A stretch of DNA of 64,000 bases, from NCBI GenBank assembly GCA_913009895.1, contig CAJVXY010000001.1:58469-122468 (forward strand), in the 5' to 3' direction. Within the stretch, counting starts at the first letter, position 1. Every line of letters starts with the position of its first letter. A model generated the notes under the pieces. It saw only the letters and a list, made by a program, of their open reading frames with translations, did no database searches and had not been told where the DNA came from. Source of the stretch: an uncultured Acidiferrobacteraceae bacterium (GTDB taxonomy: Bacteria > Pseudomonadota > Gammaproteobacteria > Acidiferrobacterales > SZUA-150). This document shows, piece after piece, positions 55,866 to 64,000 of this stretch. Made by a program: the position numbers and the translations under genes.

Positions 55866-56798
55866 ATGAAATTACAAATAAAGCTAACAAAAAATATATT
55901 ATTTATAATACCAGTAATAATACTGTCTTCTTTTGCTGATGCCCATGCGCGGGGGATGGAGGTAATGAAGGATCCGGTAGAGCTTTATTATGCAACCTCT
56001 GGGAAAATTACCGGCGCACAAGCTAAAAGAGTGGTTTTAGATGCGCTCGGGAGAACTAAAAAACCAGTATGGAAAAAAAGAAGTAGCAAAAAAGGAGTCA
56101 TACGGGTTGAAGCTGAACAAGGCAGGTTGTATGCAGCTGTTGATATTTATATGGACAGGGAAGGTATTAAAATTGTTTACGTTGACAGCGAGAGGATGCG
56201 GTTTCGGGAACGACAGAACAAAAAGTATATTCGAGATATGTACAATAGGTGGGTTAAGTCACTCAGCAAGGAAATAAAAAATTCGGCGCTGTCCAGGTAT
56301 AAATTAAAACTTGTCAGTGCCAGTAGTCGTTATATTTTAAAGGGCATTGCTGCCGGTAAAGAATTGGTTGTTATTGCTGTTCGTGCAGTACCCGATATTA
56401 ACCGCAGGCGAAATACACCCGTATGGTCTGCACAAATCACAAAATCTTTAACGGCTGCGCTGTCTAAAAAGTATGGTGAAAAACACGTTTATTCTGGTCT
56501 TGAATGGAGCAAGGAGACCCAAAATCTTGTGAAAAATGGATACAAGGTGAGTCAGAACAAGCTGGCATGTAATGTAAACGAATCTAAAGGCGTCATTACT
56601 GTGGGAGTTGATACTGACAGTGCCGGTACTGACGGTGGTTCAGCCTCGGAGGATATGACGATTACTTACTTCAACTGTGATGACGAGAAATTAATAGTAA
56701 AAACTGTAGAAGGTTATTATGCAAGGAAAGATACATTCAATTTGGAAACCGCGACTCGAATACAGGTTGGTTACGTCCTGAACGAAGCAGGATTTTAA
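55866..56798 (+). CDS. Hypothetical secreted protein
   Basis: 310 aa. N-terminal signal peptide (ILFIIPVIILSSFADAHA). No family recognised. Confidence 0.45.
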   Translation: MKLQIKLTKNILFIIPVIILSSFADAHARGMEVMKDPVELYYATSGKITGAQAKRVVLDALGRTKKPVWKKRSSKKGVIRVEAEQGRLYAAVDIYMDREGIKIVYVDSERMRFRERQNKKYIRDMYNRWVKSLSKEIKNSALSRYKLKLVSASSRYILKGIAAGKELVVIAVRAVPDINRRRNTPVWSAQITKSLTAALSKKYGEKHVYSGLEWSKETQNLVKNGYKVSQNKLACNVNESKGVITVGVDTDSAGTDGGSASEDMTITYFNCDDEKLIVKTVEGYYARKDTFNLETATRIQVGYVLNEAGF

Positions 56799-56828
56799 CT
56801 ATAGTAAGCAGGGGCGAGGATTCGAGTT

Positions 56829-59123
56829 TTATTTGACGGTTATTAACCTGGCGGGTTTTTTGCCAGCCACAGTTTTCTGATTTGATAAAGTCTTTTTTGG
56901 GTTCTTGTCATCAGTTGTATTTGATCGCCAGATTGAAATCTCGCTGGATAACCCGGCTGCAGCAATAATCCTGGTATCAGGAGACAGTGCAATCGAGAAA
57001 ATCTCGCCACGATGGCCAGGTAAGTCCGGCATGCGCCTGTTTTCTGCAATATTCCACATGTAGATACTTGCGCTAGTGCCAGCAGCCAGCAACCATTTTC
57101 CATCAGGCGTTATCGCAATATTCTGTATATCTGCCGGTATTTGTTCCGGTACCTGGTCTTTAACAGTTGCGCCAGTACTTAATAATTTTAAAAATTTGTT
57201 ATTCCCGGCCGTGGCTAACCAGCGGCCATCACCTGAATAGATAATTGAAGTGACCTTGCCTTTATGGACAGGAAAACTTGCCAGTAATTTTCCAGTTTTT
57301 GTTTCCCAATATCTTATTCCCCCGTTCTCATCTGAAGATGCAAGTCTTTTCCCATTTGGCGAGAAAGCGAGACTACTAACGACTATTTTATCCAAAGATA
57401 TTTTCTTTATAATTTTTTGTTTATGTATATTCCAGAGAATCAATTTTTTGTCTTTACCGGATGTGGCAATCACATCACTGGCAGGTGAAAATGAAATATT
57501 TGTGACCAGGTCATTATGACCGACAAGCATTGCGGTTGTTTGTAAGTTCATTGCATCGATCAGTACCACATTTTCATTATCAGCGATTGCAATCAGACTA
57601 CCATCATTGGATACTGCTATTTGTGGCGCATCCTTGCGCGAATACGAAAATGATTTCATTCGTTTCCCACTCTCCAGGCTCCATACTCTTACTCTGCCAC
57701 CATCACTGCTTGCCAGGAGCAAATTGTTTTTACCCGCGAATTTTAAATAACGAATATTTCCATATCGGTTTTTAATTTTACTGACCAGTTTTACATCCGG
57801 ATTAAAAACAGGAACAATTTTTACAGGTATATTTCCTGGTAGTACCTCTTCTTTTTTAGCAGACGTATTTTTCTTCGGCGGTTCTATCCCTAATATATTA
57901 TACTGGGCAGTTTCTATCGCCGTAGCAAACTTGTTTTTTATTTCCTCAACTTCCTTATCCCCGTCAGAACCGGTAATAATTTTCTTAATATCAAATACTG
58001 AAGATAAGATATAATCTTTGTCGATCGCACCTGTTGTCGTTAAATAGAATCCAACGATCGTAAGTACCAGTAAACCGAATATGGCGATTTCAAATAAGCT
58101 CCTGCTGGTTTTCTTGGTTTCTTCCCGGACATTAATGACACCAATAAACCCCGATCTAAATTTATTAAAATTATTCTCGTCACTGGTTTCTTTGAATCGC
58201 CCACGACCCATGATGCCTTGTTGTAATGTAAGTGCACTCTGCGGCCGATCCTCCTGGTTAACTTCAAGGGCCCAGTCTATGCTCTCCCTGATATAACCGG
58301 CATAACGTGGTCGCTCGAAACTGATTGCGGTTTTTAGGGGGTCATTTTTGCCTGCGGCTTTTGCCTCATGCCTGTCTATTGAATTCCTGGGATGTTTTCC
58401 CGTAATACAGCGATAGAATGTGGCACCAATTGAATAAATATCAGACCACGGTCCTTTTTCTCCCATATCCGGGTAATTTTCTATAGCTGAATAGGCGGGT
58501 GTTAGTGCAATCGCTTTTTTGTCATCACTTTCTTTCGCCACCTGTCCTGCCGATCCAAAATCTATGAGCATGGGCTGGCCATCGGATCTCAGGTAAATGT
58601 TGTCGGGTTTGATATCCAGGTGAAGGATGCCGGCCTTATGTACTGCCTGCAAACCACTCAGGATTGGTAAAAAAACATTGAGCAGATCTTTTTCATTTAA
58701 AAACCCACCACGTTTTTTAAGAAATTCTGCCAGGCTCTGGCCTTTTTCATACTCCATGACCATATAGGCAGAGCCGTTACCTTCTATAAAACGCAGTACC
58801 CGTACAATATTCTGATGTTTAAATTTTGCCAGTACCCGGGCTTCTTTTAAAAATTCTTTCAATCCCCACGAATAATTCTGGGCAACGGTGGCATTTCCCC
58901 GACCACGCGGGATAATAGTGTACTTATCGCTCCTGAACGCCATGTTCTGGGGGAAGTATTCCTTGATTGCGACCAGTGCGCCCAGTTTGGTATCTCTTGC
59001 AAGATAAGTAATGCCAAAGCCACCGACACCCAGCACAGATTTTATTCTGTATTCGCTCAGGCGGTAGTTAACCGGTAATGAACCGTCAGGGTTGGGGGTA
59101 ATTTTTTTTCTGGCAGTTTCCAT
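56829..59123 (-). CDS. Membrane-spanning Ser/Thr protein kinase with C-terminal WD40 beta-propeller
   Basis: Start at ATG 59123 (METARKK...). Kinase motifs GVGGFGITY, VAIKEY, HLDIKPDN (non-RD) and DFGSA. One TM helix (IAIFGLLVLTIVGFYLTTTG). Then ~7 WD40-like repeats (GHNDLVTNISFSP...LILWNI, GHRGEIFSIALSP...ISIWR). Confidence 0.85.
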   Translation of the reverse strand: METARKKITPNPDGSLPVNYRLSEYRIKSVLGVGGFGITYLARDTKLGALVAIKEYFPQNMAFRSDKYTIIPRGRGNATVAQNYSWGLKEFLKEARVLAKFKHQNIVRVLRFIEGNGSAYMVMEYEKGQSLAEFLKKRGGFLNEKDLLNVFLPILSGLQAVHKAGILHLDIKPDNIYLRSDGQPMLIDFGSAGQVAKESDDKKAIALTPAYSAIENYPDMGEKGPWSDIYSIGATFYRCITGKHPRNSIDRHEAKAAGKNDPLKTAISFERPRYAGYIRESIDWALEVNQEDRPQSALTLQQGIMGRGRFKETSDENNFNKFRSGFIGVINVREETKKTSRSLFEIAIFGLLVLTIVGFYLTTTGAIDKDYILSSVFDIKKIITGSDGDKEVEEIKNKFATAIETAQYNILGIEPPKKNTSAKKEEVLPGNIPVKIVPVFNPDVKLVSKIKNRYGNIRYLKFAGKNNLLLASSDGGRVRVWSLESGKRMKSFSYSRKDAPQIAVSNDGSLIAIADNENVVLIDAMNLQTTAMLVGHNDLVTNISFSPASDVIATSGKDKKLILWNIHKQKIIKKISLDKIVVSSLAFSPNGKRLASSDENGGIRYWETKTGKLLASFPVHKGKVTSIIYSGDGRWLATAGNNKFLKLLSTGATVKDQVPEQIPADIQNIAITPDGKWLLAAGTSASIYMWNIAENRRMPDLPGHRGEIFSIALSPDTRIIAAAGLSSEISIWRSNTTDDKNPKKTLSNQKTVAGKKPARLITVK

Positions 59124-59545
59124 GCTTGTGAATATCAGAAATAATTGAAATTGGGTGTTATTGAGTGTTTCCGCACATACTAAAAAATAGCTCCTGGAAG
59201 CTGTTCCTGCAACACCTGACTGCCAATACGTGCACAAAGGTTCTCTACCAATCTTTGGTTATCAGGCCTAAGTTTCAATGGAAAGGTGTTTTTAACCATT
59301 TGGAGATAAAAATGACTTAAACACAATTGATATAATTGAGGAAATATTATGATATTTTTGGTTTTTTAGTAGAAATTGACTGGTTTTTTAGTAATTTTAA
59401 TGTATGAGGCCAGAAACTGGGTAATTTTAGCAGTTCTTTCGGTTTTCTGTTTTTTGGCCCAGCGGTAAAAAAAGCGGTTATTAGTAAGCTTTGGCTTATT
59501 ATAATCTTTCTAATTTGTTCTTTTATGAGTTGAGCCGGGTTTGGC

Positions 59546-60829
59546 ATGGAGACAGGATTACCAAATAAAATTGGCAAGTACCGGGTAAAAAAATTACTTG
59601 GTGAGGGAACAACTGCCAGAGTTTTCCTGGCCAGTGATCCATTCCAGGATCGCCTGGTTGCGATTAAAGTGGCATCAAGCGCAGTGATGAACGATCCCCA
59701 GTTTGGTAGTCAATACCGAAAATTTTTCATTAATGAGGCTAGCCTGGCTGGCAAGCTTGAGCACCCACACATCATAAAAATTTATGACGCGGCTATTGAT
59801 AACGATATTCACTATATTGTCATGGAGTATGTCAACGGCGGAACGCTGGAGTCTTGCTGCGATGTGAAAAATCTGTTACCGATTGATCGTGCAGTTGAGA
59901 TCATTTTTAAATGTTGCCGTGCGCTGGATTACGCCAGTAAGTTAGGCATTATCCATCGGGACATCAAACCTGCCAACATTATGTTTGATGAGGGCGGCAT
60001 TAAAATTGCTGATTTTGGTGCCGCGCTTTCAACCGGCGCCGACCAGACACAGATATTGGGTGTGGTTGGGTCGCTTTTGTATATGTCACCAGAACAATTA
60101 AATGATGCAGAGCTCACCCATCAAACAGATATATACTCGATGGGAGTCGTCCTGTATCAGCTTTTAACAGGCCAGCTGCCATTTAAAGCAAAAAACCAGG
60201 GGCTGTTGATTAATAAAATTTTAAAAGACACACCTGAAAGTATACGAAATTTACGCACTGAAGTACCCGGAGCACTTGAAGGCATAGTCAGGCGTGCCAT
60301 GGAGCGGAATCGCAACAAGAGATATCGTAGCTGGAATGATTTTGCGACAGACTTATCTGATATATTTATTTCCCTGGAAGCGCCCGACGAAGATATTTCG
60401 GATACAAAAAAATATAATGCATTGAAGAGTCTTGGCTTCTTCGATGATTTCACAGAAACTGAAATTTGGGAAACATTAAGAATCAGCCGTTGGGGAAAAT
60501 TCAAATCTGGCGAAGAAATTCTCAGGGAAGGGAAATTGGGTAGTTCTTTTTTTGTCATTGCCACTGGAACCATGAAGGTTATGAAAGAAGGTAAATTGCT
60601 GGGAGTGCTAAATGCAGGCGATTGTTTTGGAGAAATGGCCTATATCAGTGGTGCAGCCATGCCCAGGACAGCGACAGTACTGTCGACATCAAAAGTAGTT
60701 GTGATAAAAATTAAATCCGAGTCCCTGAGCCAGGCCTCTGATAATTTACAGCTACAGTTCAATCGTATGTTTATGAAAATAATGGCAAGCAGGCTGGCCA
60801 AAGCCGATGCCATGTTGTCGAGAATTTAG
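59546..60829 (+). CDS. Ser/Thr protein kinase fused to a C-terminal cyclic-nucleotide-binding domain
   Basis: 427 aa. GEGTTARV, VAIKV, HRDIKPAN, DFGAA and SPEQ kinase motifs. cNMP-binding barrel with FGEMAYISGAAMPRTATV. Confidence 0.85.
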   Translation: METGLPNKIGKYRVKKLLGEGTTARVFLASDPFQDRLVAIKVASSAVMNDPQFGSQYRKFFINEASLAGKLEHPHIIKIYDAAIDNDIHYIVMEYVNGGTLESCCDVKNLLPIDRAVEIIFKCCRALDYASKLGIIHRDIKPANIMFDEGGIKIADFGAALSTGADQTQILGVVGSLLYMSPEQLNDAELTHQTDIYSMGVVLYQLLTGQLPFKAKNQGLLINKILKDTPESIRNLRTEVPGALEGIVRRAMERNRNKRYRSWNDFATDLSDIFISLEAPDEDISDTKKYNALKSLGFFDDFTETEIWETLRISRWGKFKSGEEILREGKLGSSFFVIATGTMKVMKEGKLLGVLNAGDCFGEMAYISGAAMPRTATVLSTSKVVVIKIKSESLSQASDNLQLQFNRMFMKIMASRLAKADAMLSRI

Positions 60830-60851
60830 CTTTATACAATAGATAAATATC

Positions 60852-61370
60852 TCATATAAATTCTCCAATATTAATACCAATTGACAGTCTTGGTAGATTG
60901 CTTTTATTTGTACCGACACTATGGACCAGGTCAGGCGGAAAAAATACCATTAATGATGCTTCCGGTTTTATAATTTCCTGACTATTTCCCTCGCCAAGAA
61001 AAAGCGCGCCTGATTGGTCGGGTACGGAAACATAATAAACGCACGACAGCAGTTCATTATCCTCATCATGGTTATGTGGCAATGTTCGTTGACCGGTTAA
61101 CATGTAATTGAACCAGTATCCTGGCTGTAAATTATTACTGCTTAAACCAAGAATTTCTGAAGCGAGCCTGGTAACAATATCAAGTACCGGGGTCAGTCCA
61201 GGTATTTTAGTCTGATTGATATAGATATTTTCATACCGACCTTCAAAGTGATGGCTTAGTTTATTATCGACATCATCCTTGTGTTTCTGAAATCCGGATA
61301 AAATTCCAGTATTGTATTTTTTCAACTCATCCCTGGCGTATTTACTAATCATATTTTTTGGCATATTCAA
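60852..61370 (-). CDS. TIGR02466-like putative 2OG-Fe(II) oxygenase family protein
   Basis: 172 aa. LPHNHDEDNELLSCVYYVSVP and FFPPDLVHSV (His/Asp...His facial-triad-like). The 5' end overlaps the greB stop, and the start could be an internal Met. Confidence 0.55.
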   Translation of the reverse strand: MNMPKNMISKYARDELKKYNTGILSGFQKHKDDVDNKLSHHFEGRYENIYINQTKIPGLTPVLDIVTRLASEILGLSSNNLQPGYWFNYMLTGQRTLPHNHDEDNELLSCVYYVSVPDQSGALFLGEGNSQEIIKPEASLMVFFPPDLVHSVGTNKSNLPRLSIGINIGEFI

Positions 61371-61854
61371 TTTCGTGTATTAATAAATTTATCTGGCCAT
61401 CTGGTGTCAAAACAGATACCTCGTCATCCACGGATTTTCCCATAATTGCCCGGGCCACGGGAGAATCGACACTAATATATTCAGCTTTGTCATCAAATTC
61501 ATCGGGGCCCACGATACGGTATTTATTTTCAACGCCATGTTTATTTTTTACTGTGACCCAGGCACCAAAATATATTTTACTTACGTCGTCCGGGGGCTGG
61601 TCTACGATCACCATTTCTTCCAGTCGTTTTTTTAAATAACGAACACGACGATCAATTTCAGCCAGGCGTTTTTTGCCATAAATATAGTCAGCGTTTTCAG
61701 AGCGGTCACCCTGGGCCGCTGCTTCAGAAACGGACTGGGTAATTTTTGGGCGTTCTTCACGCCACAGGAAACGCAGCTCCTCGGTAAGGCGTTCATGACC
61801 TTGTTTTGTTATGACAGCAGTTTTTTTTGGTGCCGGGGGCCGATATCTACCCAT
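61345..61854 (-). CDS. greB: Transcription elongation factor GreB
   Basis: 169 aa. LRFLWREERPKITQSVSEAAAQGDRSENADYIYGKKRLAEIDRRVRYL is near-identical in pattern to E. coli GreB. Confidence 0.9.
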   Translation of the reverse strand: MGRYRPPAPKKTAVITKQGHERLTEELRFLWREERPKITQSVSEAAAQGDRSENADYIYGKKRLAEIDRRVRYLKKRLEEMVIVDQPPDDVSKIYFGAWVTVKNKHGVENKYRIVGPDEFDDKAEYISVDSPVARAIMGKSVDDEVSVLTPDGQINLLIHEIEYAKKYD

Positions 61855-62060
61855 AATTATTTTAAATAAGAGTTGCTATATCCAGTTCCTGGTTAAAACA
61901 CTGGGTTCCAGAAAAATGGTGGCAAAAAACGGTTTAAGGCAGGTGTTATTCATTAATTCCCCTGCCATATTCGTGACTAATACGGCAAGACTTGCCGTTT
62001 CTGGAAATATGCTCTAAAACGTCTAAACAATTACACTATCACACTTAACCGGAAAATTTT

Positions 62061-64000
62061 ATGACATCGGTAGCCGCTAAAAAGAAGTCTTTGGGTGAAA
62101 AGTCCTCCAGCAGTAAACAACCTGTCAAGAAAGTGCATCCCGCATTTGAATTGTTACAAACACGCCAGATAAACTCGTTGAATATTTGTGTCGAGGAATA
62201 TCGCCATAAAGTTACTGGCGCCAGTCATTTTCATCTTGCATCAGACAATGTCGAAAATGTTTTCCTGGTTGCATTTCGTACTGTACCAATGGATTCTACT
62301 GGTGTTGCCCATATCCTTGAACACACCGCGCTCTGTGGCAGTGAGAAATTCCCCGTACGCGATCCTTTTTTCATGATGATACGGCGATCCCTCAACACAT
62401 TTATGAACGCATTTACCTCCAGCGACTGGACTGCTTATCCTTTTGCCAGCCAGAATCGAAAGGATTTTTATAATCTACTGGATGTGTACCTGGACGCGAC
62501 ATTTTTCTCGCGCTTGCATGAGCTGGATTTTTCCCAGGAAGGGCACAGGGTCGAATTCGAAAAAACAGGTGATGTTGATACAAACCTGGTTTTTAAAGGG
62601 GTCGTTTTTAATGAAATGAAAGGGGCCATGAGCGCCACCACAAGCAAGTTATGGCAAGTTTTTACGGAACATTTATTTCCCTCAACAACCTATCACTATA
62701 ATAGTGGTGGTGAGCCCAGTGATATTCCTGATCTTGGTTACCAACAGTTAAAGGATTTTTACAAGACTCATTACCACCCTTCCAATGCAATTTTTATGAC
62801 CTACGGCGACATACCTGCATTTGAGTTGCAAACACGATTTCAGGAAAACGCCCTGTCCCGTTTTCAGAAACTTGATATCGATATAAAAGTTAACGATGAA
62901 AAAAGATTTACCAGGGCGCTATCGGTTACGAAATCTTACGCTCTCGATGAGGCAGATGCCGATGGTAACAAGACCCATATTGTCGTTGGCTGGTTGTTGG
63001 GCAAATGCACAGACCCGCTGGAGTTAATGCGAGCACATTTGTTGTCTTCGGTATTGCTTGATAATGGTGCTTCTCCCCTTCGTTATGCATTGGAAACCAG
63101 CGACCTTGGAAGTGCCCCTTCGCCATTGTGCGGGCTCGAAGATTCTAACCGTGAAATGGCTTTGATGTGCGGTTTGGAAGGCAGTACCGCGGAAAATACC
63201 AAAGCGGTCGAAGAGCTGGTGCTGAATGTTTTACAAGACGTCGTAGAAAAAGGCATTAGCCATGAGAAACTGGCGTCCGTTCTGCATCAACTGGAATTAC
63301 AACAACGGGAAGTCAGCGGTGATGGTTATCCTTATGGTTTGCAATTAATTCTTGAGGCACTGCCAGCTGCGATCCATGAAGGTGATCCTGTTAATTTGCT
63401 GGATCTTGATAATGTGCTGGCAACATTACAAGAGGATATAACTGATCCCGAATTTATAAAAAATCTTGTCCGGGAGTGGCTGCTTGAAAATCCCCATCGT
63501 TTATGTCTCACCCTGGTGCCCGATACCGATTTGAACAACAAGGAAAATGCGGCCGAAGCGAAAAAACTGGCAGAAATGAAGGCAGCCATGAACGATAACG
63601 ACAAACAAAACGTTATTGATTTGGCGGCCGCGCTGGCCAAACGCCAGGAGCAAGAAGATGATCCGGAAATATTGCCCAAGGTAAGCCTGGATGATGTGCC
63701 AAACGATTTGCTTATTCCTGTCGGTGATAAAAAAACGATTGGTGATTTCCCCGTCACCTGTTATGCCCAGGGAACAAATGGCCTGGTATATGAGCAAATT
63801 ATAATTGATCTGCCGCAGCTGGATGATGATTTGGTGCAATTGTTACCTATTTATACCAATTGCCTGGCGGAGCTGGGAATTGGTGAGAAAGATTATCTGT
63901 ATACGCAGGATTGGCAGGATGCAGTGAGTGGCGGTATTTCGGCATCAACATCCATGCGCGGTGCAATCGATGACGAGCAAGAGATCAGTGCCTATTTTAC
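62061..64000 (+). CDS. M16-family (PreP/insulinase-like) zinc metallopeptidase, 3'-truncated by the window edge
   Basis: ATG 62061. The frame stays open to the window end and is not in the ORF track. Inverted zinc motif HILEHTALCGSEKFPVRDPFF. Large-PreP-like continuation. Confidence 0.8.
   Translation, partial: MTSVAAKKKSLGEKSSSSKQPVKKVHPAFELLQTRQINSLNICVEEYRHKVTGASHFHLASDNVENVFLVAFRTVPMDSTGVAHILEHTALCGSEKFPVRDPFFMMIRRSLNTFMNAFTSSDWTAYPFASQNRKDFYNLLDVYLDATFFSRLHELDFSQEGHRVEFEKTGDVDTNLVFKGVVFNEMKGAMSATTSKLWQVFTEHLFPSTTYHYNSGGEPSDIPDLGYQQLKDFYKTHYHPSNAIFMTYGDIPAFELQTRFQENALSRFQKLDIDIKVNDEKRFTRALSVTKSYALDEADADGNKTHIVVGWLLGKCTDPLELMRAHLLSSVLLDNGASPLRYALETSDLGSAPSPLCGLEDSNREMALMCGLEGSTAENTKAVEELVLNVLQDVVEKGISHEKLASVLHQLELQQREVSGDGYPYGLQLILEALPAAIHEGDPVNLLDLDNVLATLQEDITDPEFIKNLVREWLLENPHRLCLTLVPDTDLNNKENAAEAKKLAEMKAAMNDNDKQNVIDLAAALAKRQEQEDDPEILPKVSLDDVPNDLLIPVGDKKTIGDFPVTCYAQGTNGLVYEQIIIDLPQLDDDLVQLLPIYTNCLAELGIGEKDYLYTQDWQDAVSGGISASTSMRGAIDDEQEISAYF

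Noticed and set aside
1-64000. Search for CRISPR arrays, IS elements or transposases, integrases, phage genes, toxin-antitoxin pairs and known defence-system signatures.
   Set aside because: I saw no regularly spaced direct repeats, no transposase, integrase or recombinase-like ORFs, and no recognisable defence domains. The only mobility hints are the short repeats reported at 34819-34849 and 43206/45656.

Overview
This window looks like ordinary chromosome from a moderately AT-rich Gram-negative bacterium. It is most likely a gammaproteobacterium, judged from gene content and order (pilU, cmoA-cmoB, yggX-mutY, asmA, thiS-thiG-trmB, lexA, uppP, greB). I call about 72 protein-coding genes, 2 tRNAs (Phe-GAA, Gly-CCC) and one cobalamin riboswitch heading a btuB-to-cobS B12 uptake/salvage operon. 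I also call a few intrinsic terminators and candidate operator sites. Many ORF-track entries are antisense shadows of real genes and were dropped. One real gene (M16 peptidase, 62061 to window end) is missing from the track because it runs off the window. I saw no CRISPR array, transposase, integrase, prophage or recognisable anti-phage system. Candidates for under-described biology, in my order of interest: (1) A tightly packed GT2 / MTAN-like phosphorylase / SPL-family radical-SAM / SDR operon (14028-17445). (2) A lexA operon whose second gene is a shortened Y-family DNA-polymerase homologue that appears to lack catalytic acidic residues. It sits behind a GAAC-N7-GAAC direct repeat rather than a CTGT-N8-ACAG box (48791-50400). 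(3) A ~2.4-kb three-gene segment (cytidylyltransferase, CDP-alcohol phosphatidyltransferase, nitroreductase) bracketed by two copies of the 3' end of the DUF455 gene (43206-45691). (4) A BtuM-like single-Cys membrane protein inside the B12 operon. (5) A divergent pair of Ser/Thr kinases (TM+WD40, and a kinase-cNMP fusion), in a window holding three different cNMP-receptor output types. (6) A B12-binding radical SAM enzyme next to an LpxL-type acyltransferase. All functional calls come from motif recognition by eye. No database search was run, so every family name should be verified with HMM/BLAST.
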